Of a stretch of 64,000 nucleotides of DNA, positions 36,954 to 48,953 are shown in pieces. Positions within the stretch are counted from its first letter, which is position 1. Each line of letters begins with the position of its first letter. The DNA is from Tubulanus polymorphus (Eukaryota; Animalia; Nemertea). The translations under genes and the position numbers were made by a program. The DNA lies in the NCBI RefSeq assembly GCF_964204645.1, contig NC_134030.1, positions 18,560,210-18,624,209 of the forward strand, in the 5' to 3' direction. Under the pieces are notes generated by a model. It saw only the letters and a program-made list of their open reading frames with translations. It made no database searches and had not been told where the DNA came from.

Positions 36954-37242
36954 TTAACCCTTTCAGTGCTGACTTATTAATACCCTATAGTGCTGGAGAT
37001 AATTTGAACATTTCTAAAAATTCCACCCTAGTATGTTGAATAACAGGAATAGCACTATAGTGCGTCTACACCGCGGCGCGGTGTATCATTAGTTACTAGT
37101 ATTTCACTATGTTTGACAGGTGCTGTCATTTTTCAAGAGAGATAATTACTAATTACATCAATACACCGCAGTGCGGTGTACTCGCAAAATCTATCACTGA
37201 TTTATATACCGCACTGCGGTGTAGACGCACTGAAAGGGTTAA
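36954..37242 (+). mobile_element. piggyBac-type MITE family A, full length
   Basis: TTAA flanks, TIRs, palindromes at about 37066, 37162 and 37206. Confidence 0.9.
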
Positions 37243-37749
37243 CCCGAACTGTGCGCAACTGGGTCCAGAGATTAACTACGACAACTAACAGGCTCCCGAG
37301 CGCCCGGGCTACTGGGCCAGCAGATTCCTTCGCGCCCGTCAGCCCCCTTCATCAAAGATCTCCGTAATCACTGAACGCAAACCTAAATACGATGTAGACA
37401 GCGACGATCTCGATGACATAACAACAACAACAAACAACTCCCCGATGAATTAAAACTCATTATCCGCTCGCGAAAAAACCTCTCAGCCGAGATTCAGACG
37501 ACGCGTTCTCCAATCTGATTTCGCTCTCCGCGCGGCGTCTTTCTCCATCTCTCCGGCTCCGAGCTCGGCGCCAGTTTCTCTAATATCGGTTTCTGATATA
37601 TAGTGTTACGGAGTAGCGTACAGAGCCTCGACGACAACGAGGACGACCCTCGAGAATTATAATCGCACGGATTAAGCTTTTTTTATAAACACGCGGCGAA
37701 GAATTCTTCTCAGGTTAAATAAACCAGAGTCGTAGTGATTTGTCGTAGA

Positions 37750-38570
37750 TTACTGAACCCTCCCTCTGAGCTGGAGCGATCAATCGTAGATTACTGATCT
37801 CTCCCTCCGAGCTAGAGCGATTTGTACGATATCAAACCTTCCCTTCCCTTCTTCCAAACCGGAGTCATCTATCCCTCCAATCCGAGCTGCAGTGATTTAA
37901 AGTTAATCCTGGCTCTTCCTTGGAGCTGGAGTAATCAATAGTTTATTAGTTGCCTTCGAGCTGGAGCAACCAATACCTTATTAGAGTTGCCTCCAATCTG
38001 GAATAATCGATAGTTTACTAAATACCAGCTTCAAAGCTGGAGTAATGAATCCTTCATTAGAGTTGCATCCAAGCTGGAGTAATTAATAGTTTATTAGAGT
38101 TGCCTCCAAGCTGGAGTTGTCAATAGTTTATTCGCCACGTCTGAGCTAGAGCGATCAATAGTTTATAAGTCGTTTCCAAGCTGGAGATATCTATAGTTTA
38201 TCAGAGTCACTACGGATGGAGTGAGTTTATCAAACACTCTCTCCGAGGTAGGGTGATCTAGAAATGATCAAGCCCTCGCTCTTGAGCTGGAGGCATCTTG
38301 CGCAATATATAGTTTATTAGACCTTCCCTCGAAGCTGGAGTCATCTATAGTTTATCGAGCCCTCCCTCTTGAGCTGGAGACATGTTGCGCAAATTATAGT
38401 TTATTAGACCTTCCCTCCAAGATGGAGTCATCTATAGTTTATCAAGCCCTCCCTCTTGAGCTGGAGACATCTTGCGCAAATTATAGTTTATTAGACCTTC
38501 CCTCCAAGATGGAGTCATCTATAGTTTATCAAGCCCTCCCTCTGAGCTGGAGGCATCTTCAGTTTATCAA
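37750..38570. repeat. GAGCTGGAG...ATAGTTTAT degenerate minisatellite with a ~90-bp dimer at its 3' end
   Basis: Recurrent AGCTGGAG and TATAGTTTAT; near-identical dimers at about 38280-38545. Confidence 0.85.
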
Positions 38571-38749
38571 ACGCTGCAGTTGCAGGCGGAGAATTTTTAT
38601 TTCATGCTGGACGCTGATAGCAGTCCTTTTATGGACAGCCGTAAAAATGGCTTCATTTCCTCTCGCAGAAATCAACCCCTGAACGGTATCTGTCACCTGT
38701 AAATACTGCTACCGTTATAACACTAAACGACCGATAATCGTCTTGTAAA

Positions 38750-39020
38750 ATCAGGTGTCGCCAGTAGGACCAGTTTATTGGGTCTTTCGCGATTCAATTT
38801 TGCCAACACTGGCGCAAGAGAGGATTCCACTTGTGGCAAGTGAGGATCCACCAGGTGTCACTAGTGCGCAGTAGGACACCAGCTGCCGCGGCAATAGAGG
38901 ATTCGCCTTGTGGCAAGTGAGGATCCACCAGGTGTCGCTAGTGTACAGTAAGACATCAATCGCCGCGACAATAGAGGATTCGACTTGCGGTAAGTGAGGA
39001 TCCACCAGGTGTCGCTAGTA
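38750..39020 (+). repeat. 77-bp tandem repeat containing CCACCAGGTGTCGCTA
   Basis: Units start at 38821, 38898 and 38975. Confidence 0.9.
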
Positions 39021-39674
39021 GCATTTCGCATCGATTTCTTCAAGATATAAATCGAAATCGCATCAAATTTCCTTCTCTTTGAGTAAATCAACTATTGATG
39101 GAAACTATAACAAACATCAACAGTAGAATAGTGAATCTCTCAAAGCCTCGTTTGATGATAACAACATTTTCGATCGCGAGTTTACGATTCGAGTTTTTTC
39201 GAAACTTACGAAAGTGGAAAAAAGAAAGTGAAAAAACTAATTTCGACTACAACTTATGAATATCAACCGTTTTTTTGCTTACAAGCGAAACCGTACGGAA
39301 GATTCAGTGAGTCACGTTATATCAGCACGACGAGCTATAAAACTCAATCCTATACAGCTTGTATCTCGAATCATCTTGTATCTGATAAGAGGAATATCCG
39401 TCGTCCTTCCCCGCGCGCACGCCTCCCGGGGGCTGGCGCGGCGCAACGCGAAGACCTCATTGCCTGATTCTAATTAACCAATAAAATCATTATTCAACTA
39501 TACTGAAACCGGTTTAATATCGAATTAATTGCTGTTACTGAGAGTTTATCAATATCCGCGCGTTACTGATTGCTTGCTACATTAACCCTTTACAGCCCGT
39601 CGACCGAACAGCGATCTTCATCGCTAATTAAGGTTTCAAACATCTTATTCCAGTTGTGACATTCTGGGCAAACT

Positions 39675-40180
39675 TAAGTCGGATTCTATATCCAATCTAA
39701 CAATTTAACACAGCCTAAGACCATTTTCTTTCTATATCCAATCTAGCGATTTCAGGCCAGTCTAAACCCATTTTGGTTCTTTGACCAATCTCACAACTTG
39801 AGACTGGCCTAAGTCCATTTTTTGTTTTATAACTAATCTAACAACCCTGAACTGGTCTTAGCCCAATCTGGTTCTACGTATAACCAATCTAACAACTTAG
39901 GACCAGTCGAAGCTCATTTTGGTCCTGTAGCCAATCTCACAACTTAAGACTCGTCTCAGCCCATTTTGGTTCTATAACCGATCTAACAACTTAGGACCAG
40001 TCTCAGCCCATTTTGGTTCTATAACTGATCTAACAACTTAAGACCAGTCTCAGCCCATTTTGGTTCTATAGCCAATCAAACAACTTAAGACCAGTCTCAG
40101 CCCATTTTGGTTCTATAACCAATCTAACAACTTAAGACCAGACTAAACTCATTCTTTTGTAAAGCCAATCAAACGACTAA
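39675..40180. repeat. 47-bp minisatellite, inverted
   Basis: CCAATCTAACAACTTAAGACCAGTCT units. Confidence 0.92.
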
Positions 40181-40759
40181 CCAGTGTGAGCACATATTGT
40201 ATATACAGTACTTGAGACTATTCTTATAATCTGAGGCTACTAATAGACCTACACCAGGTCCAAGCAAACAGGGAGAGCACCTGATTCCCAGTTCAGTAGA
40301 TGAACATATGACTTTAAATTAGTTCATTTTCAATACTCAATTAACTCAACATAGTGGAACCGGTAAAGCCTGCCAGACCCAGGCGGGATCTGCTATGTTT
40401 GCTTACATTCTAGTCATAAACAGTTAATTTCCCTTCCAGTGTATATAGTTGATCCAACGACTAAAGGTAAGTTTGTTCGGACACAGTCATAATAATCGAT
40501 CCATTAATAAGTCAATTACTGTTAACAGTCCGACCACTGTCCAACTGTGAACTTTTATTATCCGCACATAGTGAAAGCCTTTCACAAGTCAGAGGTCACA
40601 TTCCATTAAACCTATTTAGTTTTATTTCAGTCCTGGCTATGGCTGTTAGCTGGGATTTTGTATAATGACACCACGATGTTTAGGCTAAAATCAGGCATTT
40701 CAACAGTGCCCAGTACTATGTGCCTTGCCGGGACGAAGCCGACATACTGGAAGAATTCA

Positions 40760-41054
40760 TTAACCCTTTCAGTGCTGTCTAATTAATACCTAAAGTGCTG
40801 AAGATAATTTGAAATTTCAGAAAAATTCCAGCCTAGTGTGTTGAATAATGGGAATAGCACTATAGTGCGTCGTCTACACCGTGGCGCGGTGTATCGTTAG
40901 TTACTAATATTGCACTGTTTCACTATGCTACCATCTAACAAGAGAGATAATTAGTAATTACTAATTAAATCAATATACCGCAGTGCCGTGTACTAGCAAA
41001 ATCCATCACTGATTCGTACACCGCACTGCAGTGTAGACGCACTGAAAGGGTTAA
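40760..41054 (+). mobile_element. piggyBac-type MITE family A, full length
   Basis: TTAA flanks, TIRs, palindromes. Confidence 0.9.
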
Positions 41055-41155
41055 GGGTAGCCATATATCCTGGTCGTGTCTATGGATCGAGTTGAGGGTG
41101 TCATAGGGGGATTCATCTTTTTGGAAGGGTCTATGGATGAACAGTCACAGTCATA

Positions 41156-41285
41156 TTAACCCATTAGCGCTCGGGAATGCTTCACTATGAAGTGTCAATT
41201 ACTCCTCAGTTAATTCAAGGGAAAACCCAAGTTCATCACGATACCGAATAGCTCATTCGCTGTTTATTTCCATGTATTACAAATT
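41156..41285 (-). mobile_element. piggyBac-type MITE family B, right-end fragment
   Basis: Reverse complement of about 53095-53216. Confidence 0.75.
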
Positions 41286-41895
41286 CTTGTTATTCCCCCT
41301 TCGACATTAAACTACCCACTAGCGATTTCATTCAAAGCTTTTTCTAGATGATATTTCGATTTCTATGATATCGAATTATTGATTTTCGACTATAAATGGC
41401 GACTAGTCCTCCTATGACATCGTTAGATTTTCTGCTTTAAATTATAGACCGTTCCAGAAATGTTTTCTCATAGTGTCTAAAAGTCTTCGTTTCTCGAAAA
41501 AGTCGCGAACAAACGTGTTTCAGATTCGAGATAATAAAGCGTATTGATCGCTGAATAAGAGCTAACCCGGGCAGGTGAGGGAATCACGCTGGGTTTTGGA
41601 TTCGCGATCTTTTCATATCCCGAGGGAAGTTCAGACAATGAACAACGCGAATCAAAGAGTAATTTAGCGGAAGATTCGCTTGCGGTTGTTTGCGCAAGGG
41701 TTAAATCTTCACCCGGGGCTTCGTCGCGTGTGCGCGCGGGTCAAGAAGTTACGCAGTAGTTAGAAATCTTTAATTAAATCACGCTTAATTAAACGAAAAT
41801 TATTAATCCATCAATCGATAGACAAGGCGGCCGTGTATAGGCATAGTAGACAGTAGACGGCCAGGTATAAGTACCTTAGGTAGAAACTAGCCATA

Positions 41896-42175
41896 AGCCG
41901 CGATCACACGAGCATTTTTGGCCCGGGCTAAATTTGGCCCGACCAAAAACGTCGGACCAGACCCGAGCCAAATTTTAGCACCAGACAAATGATTGCATTT
42001 GAATTGCTGAACTGGTACCAGAAATGATCCACTTCGCTTTGTTTGAGCATTGTTTAGTATCGAGTGAATAGTTTGCGTGTGAACGCGCTCTCTTATTACG
42101 CACGGGCCAAATTTGGCCCGAGCCTCATCCGTGCCAATTTGGCCCGGGCCAAATCGTCTCCGTGTGATCGCGGCT
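41896..42175 (+). mobile_element. Harbinger-like MITE (TIR AGCCGCGATCACACG), intact
   Basis: AGCCGCGATCACACG...CGTGTGATCGCGGCT with ATA flanks and internal GGCCCG/CGGGCC repeats. Confidence 0.8.
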
Positions 42176-42844
42176 ATAGTTACAGTAAGGCAAGGACTAA
42201 CCATGAGGTGCAGTAGGCAACTGTATCTATAGGCCTAGGGGTACATGGTAACAATGCAAGAGGTGAAAATGCCATAGGTAATAATGCCATAAGTAAATGG
42301 TATGCATAATCCTATGATTTTTACCACTGGCGTTATTACCTATACCGCATTTTTCATAAGGCATGTCTCTGATTCTAGCCACAGCAGATATTGTTTACTT
42401 TATACATCTATACGTGGTCTATCATCACAGGCAGCTAGTATTTCCATAGCTTAGATGTAGGGCAGAACTTCGAAAGTTTATTAGGTACATATAGCACTAA
42501 CTGATAGGTGAGGGACAGAGTACAAATATCATGTGTACATTTGGGCATATCCCAGACTACAACATAAGACATGAGACGCGAGTCGTTAGATAGAAGTCAT
42601 TAAAGTCGTGAAATAAATTGATCTCAATTCAAAAGTCATGCCATGGTTTTTTTTTATTCTTTACTCATAACTTCTAGAAATTTGCGCATCTTGGCAATAG
42701 TGGCTGAATTATTTGAAAATTACGCATTGATTAAGGTGTTCTCGTAAAATTCTTAAAAGCCTATACAGTAGCCAGTCGCCCAGGTGGAGGTGAAGTTTGA
42801 CTGTTTGAGTTAAAATTTAGTTCATTTTCAAGGTTTTGATTTTA

Positions 42845-43050
42845 AAAATAGGGATTGACCCTGTTATTTATTTGATTGGAAGATTTCTTTTGACTTTTGT
42901 TTTGATTCGGCGTCCCTCACAAACCCACCACACCTGCCGGGAGCGAAACAGGGTTTGATTACGAAATCGGAAATCGAAGTACTGATATAGTTGTGTGATC
43001 GGCGGTCGAGTTAACAGAATTTTCAAATTCAAAAGTACATAATTTACAAT
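42845..43050. repeat. ~200-bp direct repeat, copy 1 (copy 2 at 44788-45000)
   Basis: Shared AAAATAGGGATT...CCCACCACACCTGC.GGGAGCGAAACAGGG...GATCGGCGGTCGAGTTAACAGAA. Confidence 0.8.
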
Positions 43051-43447
43051 CAAATTTCATCAAAATTAAGAAAATGAAATCTTACCAATATTGGGTGTAA
43101 AGAAAAATGACATTCAAAGGAACCGAGTTTATCCAAATTTATCTTCTATTCAAAGGACCCACAAAAATAAACTAAAAGATCGTTTGACGTTTCAACCTAA
43201 TTCTATGGGCCTCTGAAATCTATCGGGAGGAAACTCTGCTGAATTTCGTAAGAAATGAAGCCAATCGGTTTTAATTAGTTCTTTTAAAAACTTGCAATTT
43301 CTAGAAGTAACTTTAGAACGAAGTCTCAGGCCATGTGTTTACGCTAGACTGATAAGAACCTGATGCTTGCTTACCTCCGCTTATCTGTCAGTATTAGACT
43401 GTGAGTTCGTGGTAACATTCTCAGGGCAGTTCAATTACAAACCCTCC

Positions 43448-44066
43448 GAACTGTGGAACTGGGTCTAGGCAGGGAGGTGACTCCCACCTCCCTAGTCTAG
43501 GGTAAGATTCAACCTACACAACTGTGGAACTCGCTCCAGTCAAATCAGATCCACAGATATACAACTGTGGAATTGAGTTCTAAGTCGCATTAAACCTACA
43601 CAACTGTGGAACTGGGTCCAGTAAAATCAATATACAACTGCGGAATTGAGTTCTAAGTCGCATTAAACCTACACAACTGTGAAACTGGGTTCCGAGTCAA
43701 ATCAAAACTAAACAACGAACTGGGTCCAGAGTCTAACAAAACCCACACAACTGTGAGAATGGGTTCGGAGTCAGATTAAACCCACACAACTGTGGAACTG
43801 GGTTCAGAGTCAAATTAAAACTAAACAACGAACTGGGTCCAGAGTCTAACAAAACCCACACAACTGTGAGAATGGGTTCAGAGTCAGATTAAACCCACAC
43901 AACTGTGGAACTGGGTTCAGAGTCAAATTAAACCTACACAACTAACTGGGTCCAGAGTCTAACAAAACCCACACTGCGCAACTTGGTGTAGTCAAATTCA
44001 TCCCACACAACTGCGGACTGGGCCCGGAGTCAAATTAAACCTACAAAACTGTGGAACTGGACCCAA
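43448..44066. repeat. ACTGTGGAACTGG minisatellite
   Basis: Same family, with a ~110-bp higher-order repeat. Confidence 0.9.
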
Positions 44067-44155
44067 GGTCTCGCGAAATATATATTTGTAAACTTTTAAA
44101 GTCGAGTTCCCCATCTCTAGAAAACTGCGTAGTGAGCGCTATGAACTAAACTTAC

Positions 44156-44370
44156 CATCGACGCGAATGATTTAAAATCCGATATAGTCGTCATTTTTAA
44201 TCCGATTTCGCGAGCTCGATTTCGACGTATAAATCCGAAACTTCTCGTAACGCGCGCATTTATTCCCGGGATAGATATTCCGCAGAGGAGAGACAGACGG
44301 AGAGAGAGAGAGAGCCAGGCGGCTAGAAGCTAGCGTACAGCCTGTATTGAGTACACACACACACACACAT
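44156..44370 (-). promoter_or_regulatory. candidate alternative first exon
   Basis: Strong donor ATG|GTAAGT at 44156/44155. CpG-rich, with (TG)n and (TC)n tracts upstream on the minus strand. Confidence 0.3.
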
Positions 44371-44787
44371 TAATAGCGGAGTTCTATAATAGAGCAAACA
44401 TAAGAATTTACTCTGGTAATGGTGTCAGCGATCACGATGCCATCTACCGGTATATTCGCGAACTAAACCATGCACGTGTACATACTGAGAATAAGAATTC
44501 TACGTTTTATAGATTTATCCCCGCAAAATCGATGAAATCAATAAGCCATCGATACTCGTGTATTGATTACGGTTTATCCGGCGGATCATATTTTTCGATA
44601 ATGGTCTTCAGGTCTACGCGTATATAGCATAACGCAAATTATGCGGGGAATTCGTCGAACAACATTGATTCATTTCAATGATGAAAAAAAATCTGTGGTT
44701 ATCGCCAGGACGTAAATCAGATCATCTTCGTTCTATTGTCAATCGAACAATTTCATACCTGTCGAAGACTAAGTTCTTGTTTGATGT

Positions 44788-45000
44788 TAAAATAGGGATT
44801 TTCCCTGTTATTCATTTGGCTGGTAAATTTTGCTTGATTTTTTGATTGAGTGTCCCATACAGACCCACCACACCTGCTGGGAGCGAAACAGGGGGTTTGA
44901 TTTTGAAATTGGAAATCGAAGTACAAATATAGTTGTGTGATCGGCGGTCGAGTTAACAGAAGAATTTTTTTTTTTTTTGAAATCGAAGTACATAATTGGA
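44788..45000. repeat. ~200-bp direct repeat, copy 2
   Basis: As for copy 1. Confidence 0.8.
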
Positions 45001-46149
45001 AATTTGGTTCCGGTTCATTCAAACAATCTTTCATTCAGTCTGAACCGGCAAGCGACTGATTGGGTTAGTCTTATAGTCAATCTGACAGCTTAAGACCGGT
45101 CTCAGACTTAGTTCTATTGTCAATCTTACAACATAAGTCTCGGACTATATCTTCGTTCTATACTCAATCTAACTTAACACCGGTCTATAACTACATATTT
45201 CAGTTCCACGGTCAATCTGACAACTAAGACCAGTCTAAGACCATCTTAGTTCTATTGTCAATCTGACAGCTTAAGACCAGTCTTGAGAGTTAAAACCACT
45301 ATTGAACTTGATCTCTTGGACCCGGTTCCGTAAGAGTGAGTTAAGATCCGAAAGAACCACGATGAGAACGAGATCGGGCAAGAGTTAAAGCCCAGGCTAT
45401 GAGACCCGCCCGCCCCTGGTTTCGAAATTATCATTTGAAGTTCCAATATTCGCCTAAAACTTGGATCAGATTTAGCCATTTTGGAGTAAAATAGTATTTC
45501 TCTCAAATCTTTGAAACAAGAGTTCCAAAGTTTTCCATGAAGTTTGACTTAAGGTCCAGCACTGCTCGGATTAGAATTTCACCTAGTTCAACAGTTGTAG
45601 TTGATGAATTAGAATTATTTCATTTCCAACGTTGTAAATCCGAATCAAACCGTAGAACTCGGTCCTGAAATTGTGGACCCTCTAGGTGCCGAACTCAGAG
45701 CAGGAATTGGATCAAAAATATTCAACGAAAAAGAAAAGCCGTTACCCGAAGTTCGACGGTTAAGACTCGCGGGTTTAAACCTGAAATTAAATATTCTATA
45801 GTTTCTCCGATGATCGGTTACTCCCGAAACTGTTAGAAAATAAACTTTTCTATATATCTACTGTGCAGGTTTTTATTTGTTAACTCTCTTATCAGTTCAA
45901 TATAGTCTCGAATTTTCAGTCTTTGAATCGAACTTGATTCAGAACTGCAGAAACGGAACCCGAATTTAAGACGTTCTTTAAACGAGATTACAACATCTAG
46001 TCATGCATCATGTCAAGAGGATGAAGACGCACAAACTATCCTAACAACTATCAACTAACAACTATCAACTAACAACTATCCTAACACTTAATAAACATTG
46101 TTCATTGGGTTTATAGTTTCTGTACAGCCGGAAATATGAATGTCCCGTA

Positions 46150-47200
46150 GAATCCCCCTATGACATCACCAAATCTCTTGTCATTTACCGAAATATTTGA
46201 TACAAATTTGTTATGAATTGAATTACAAAATTAGGTAATTTGATAATGTCATAGGGGGATTTATGGAGGCAGCCATCTTTGATAGAAGAGTTTAAAGGTC
46301 ACATCCTTCAGCGATTGATGATGTCATAGGGGGATTCATGGAGGCAGACATCATTAATATACAGGGGCCTACATAGAATACATCCTTCACAAATTCGATG
46401 TCGTAGGGTGATTTATGGTGGCAGCCATTTTAATGGGTTAATAGACCATATCCCTCAGCATTCGATGATGTCATAGGGGGATTTTATGGTGGCAGTAATC
46501 TTTGCGAGAAATTCAATATCAAATAAGAAGGTATATTGATGATGTTATAGGGGGATTAATGGTGGTAGCCATTTTAATGGGTAAATAGACCATATCCTTT
46601 TGCATTTGATGATGTCATAGGGGGATTTATGGTGGCAGTAATCTTTGCCAGAAATTCAATATCAAATAAGAAGGTATATTGATGATGTCATAGGGGGATT
46701 AATGGTGGTAGCCATTTTAATGGGTAAATAGACCATATCCTCCAGCATTTGATGATGTCATAGGGGGATTTATGGTGGCAGTAATCTTTGTCAGAAATGT
46801 AACATCAAATAAGAAGGTATATTGATGATGTCATAGGGGGATTAATGGTGGTAGCCATTTTAATGGGTAAATAGACCATATCCTTCAGCATTTGATGATG
46901 TCATAGGGGGATTTATGGTGGCAGTAATCGTTGCCAGAAATGCAATATCAAATAAGTAGGTATATTGATGATGTCATAGGGGGATTAATGGTGGTAGCCA
47001 TTTTAATGGATAAATAGACCATATCCTTCAGCATTTGATGATGTCATAGGGGGATTTATGGTGGCAGTAATCTTAGCCAGAAATTCAATCTCAAATAAGT
47101 AGATATATCGATGATGTCATAGGGGGGTGTATGGCGGTAGCAATGTAAGAATATCAAATGAGTGGGCTTTTTGATGATGTCATAGGAGGACTAATGGAGA
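46150..47200. repeat. GATGATGTCATAGGGGGATT minisatellite with a 70+73 = 143-bp dimeric period
   Basis: Alternating A/B units (46681-46750, 46751-46823). An inverted copy CCCCCTATGACATCA lies at about 46154. Confidence 0.93.
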
Positions 47201-47317
47201 AGGTACTTTTTAGAAACTGTTGAAATGTACGTAAAAAAAGAAAACACAGAAAATTTGAATTGACAACATACACTGGCAAGTGAGCACGACACTTAATACA
47301 ACGATCATCATATTTAC

Positions 47318-47504
47318 CGTTGTACCAGTTATGGGACAGACTGCGCACCATGTGACCGGCGGTGGCAGCAGCGCTGCCGCCGCCACCGTCCAATATAACG
47401 TTGCCGTTGGTCGCGTCTTCGCAAAAGATGGCGCTGTACGACGTGCTGATGAATTGAGTCGTGACGGCCGCGGACGACGAACGATCGACGGACGGATCGG
47501 GCAT
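47318..47504 (-). CDS. rols/TANC-like gene, probable first coding exon (MPDPSVDRSSSAAVTTQF...SLSHNWYN)
   Basis: GC-rich open frame. Acceptor ...tatcgcAG|ATG at 47505/47504, donor AACG|GTAAAT at 47318/47317 (phase 1). Splices in frame (G|AT = Asp) to the RING exon. The peptide itself is not recognisably conserved. Confidence 0.6.
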
Positions 47505-47866
47505 CTGCGATAACGAGCCGATATTTAAATGAAGCGTTAACAAAGAGAGAGAGAGAGAAAGAGTGAAAATTATAGATTTCAGAACTTTGCCGGTGAGGAC
47601 TGCAAAAACAATCATGTTTAGCATTTCGAACAAATTCCGAGCGAACTAGACATCGGACCACTAGACGGCGTAACTAATCGTCAGCTTTATACCGTAATGC
47701 ACACATAAATCTATGACAGGTAACTCTCGTTTTGGTGCCCCGCCAAAAGGGAATCTTTCTGTTTTGGCGACCCCGCACTGAAATGGAATTTAACAGAAAA
47801 TTTAACAATTTTTTTCAGTGTTCTGGTTCCCTCATTTATGTATCAGGAACTTTCCGCCACAACAAC

Positions 47867-48340
47867 TTAAAACCTTTCAGCGCTTATCAATTTTCGCCTT
47901 CCGTGATATTTCCTTCCAGTGCGATGTACAACTGATAATACATATCTAGCCGAGAATTCACAAGAGGTGCTGCCATCTCTCAATGTATTACAATCGAAGT
48001 AATTGCATTAATACACTGCAATGCAGTGTATTATTTAAGTCCATCACTGATTCATATACTGCACTGCGGTGTAGTCACGTGAAAGGATTAACCCTTTCTG
48101 TGCTGACTAATTAATACCCTATAGTGCTTGAGAAAATGTGAAAATTTCGGAAAATTCCACCCTAGTGTGTTGAAAAACGGGAATAGCACTATAATGCGTC
48201 TACACGGCGGCGCGGTGTATCATTAGTTACTAGTATTTCACTATGTTTGACAGGTACTGCCATCTTTCAAGAGAGATAATTACTAATTACTAATCAAATC
48301 AATACACCACAGTGAGGTGTAGATGCACTGAAAGGGTTAA
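47867..48340 (+). mobile_element. two head-to-tail family A copies sharing the TTAA at 48088-48091
   Basis: Degenerate copy 47867-48091 followed directly by a better-conserved copy 48088-48340. Confidence 0.8.
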
Positions 48341-48953
48341 TCGTTTATTATGGGTGGATATCTCGCCGCCCAAATAAACACATACACTTTCAGGAAATCC
48401 GTCAAGAATTGCAGGCAGTATCGGAAATTCAAGATAGCCGCTCTGGCAACCGCATTAGAGACGGCCTATAACCACCAATTTATTCTTAAGTGCTTGATAC
48501 TTCCCCTTCCCTCATTTTTAAAACAATTTTCAAGGAAATCTATCGAGAATTTCAGGCATCATCGTCCTAAAAAGGGCTCGGGGACAATGGACGGCACACC
48601 CTGAATAGAATTTAAGACGCCTCCCCCTCACCATAAATAACTATTATCTATTCATATAACCCACAACTGTGTAACCGGGTCTTTGCCGATCTTATAGGCA
48701 GATATCCTATAGTTATTAGCGTTGCGAGATATTCTCTTTAAGATATTCTACTTACATCGGAAATGATCTAATTTCGTACGGAAAAAATAAATCGCAAGGA
48801 AACGCTCCTTAAATAAACCGGTAAGAATTAGGGCAGATCACTTGATAACTTGAAGTGCGCAATTTCATGAATGGTTTGTGATACGTACACGTAACAGTGA
48901 GTGATTTGTGTCGTGTATGTTTTATAGACTTGATATTCTAATCATCCCGAGGT

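Noticed and set aside
42845-45000. LTR retrotransposon bounded by the two ~200-bp direct repeats
   Set aside because: No TG...CA termini, primer-binding site, polypurine tract, TSD or gag/pol remnants are visible.
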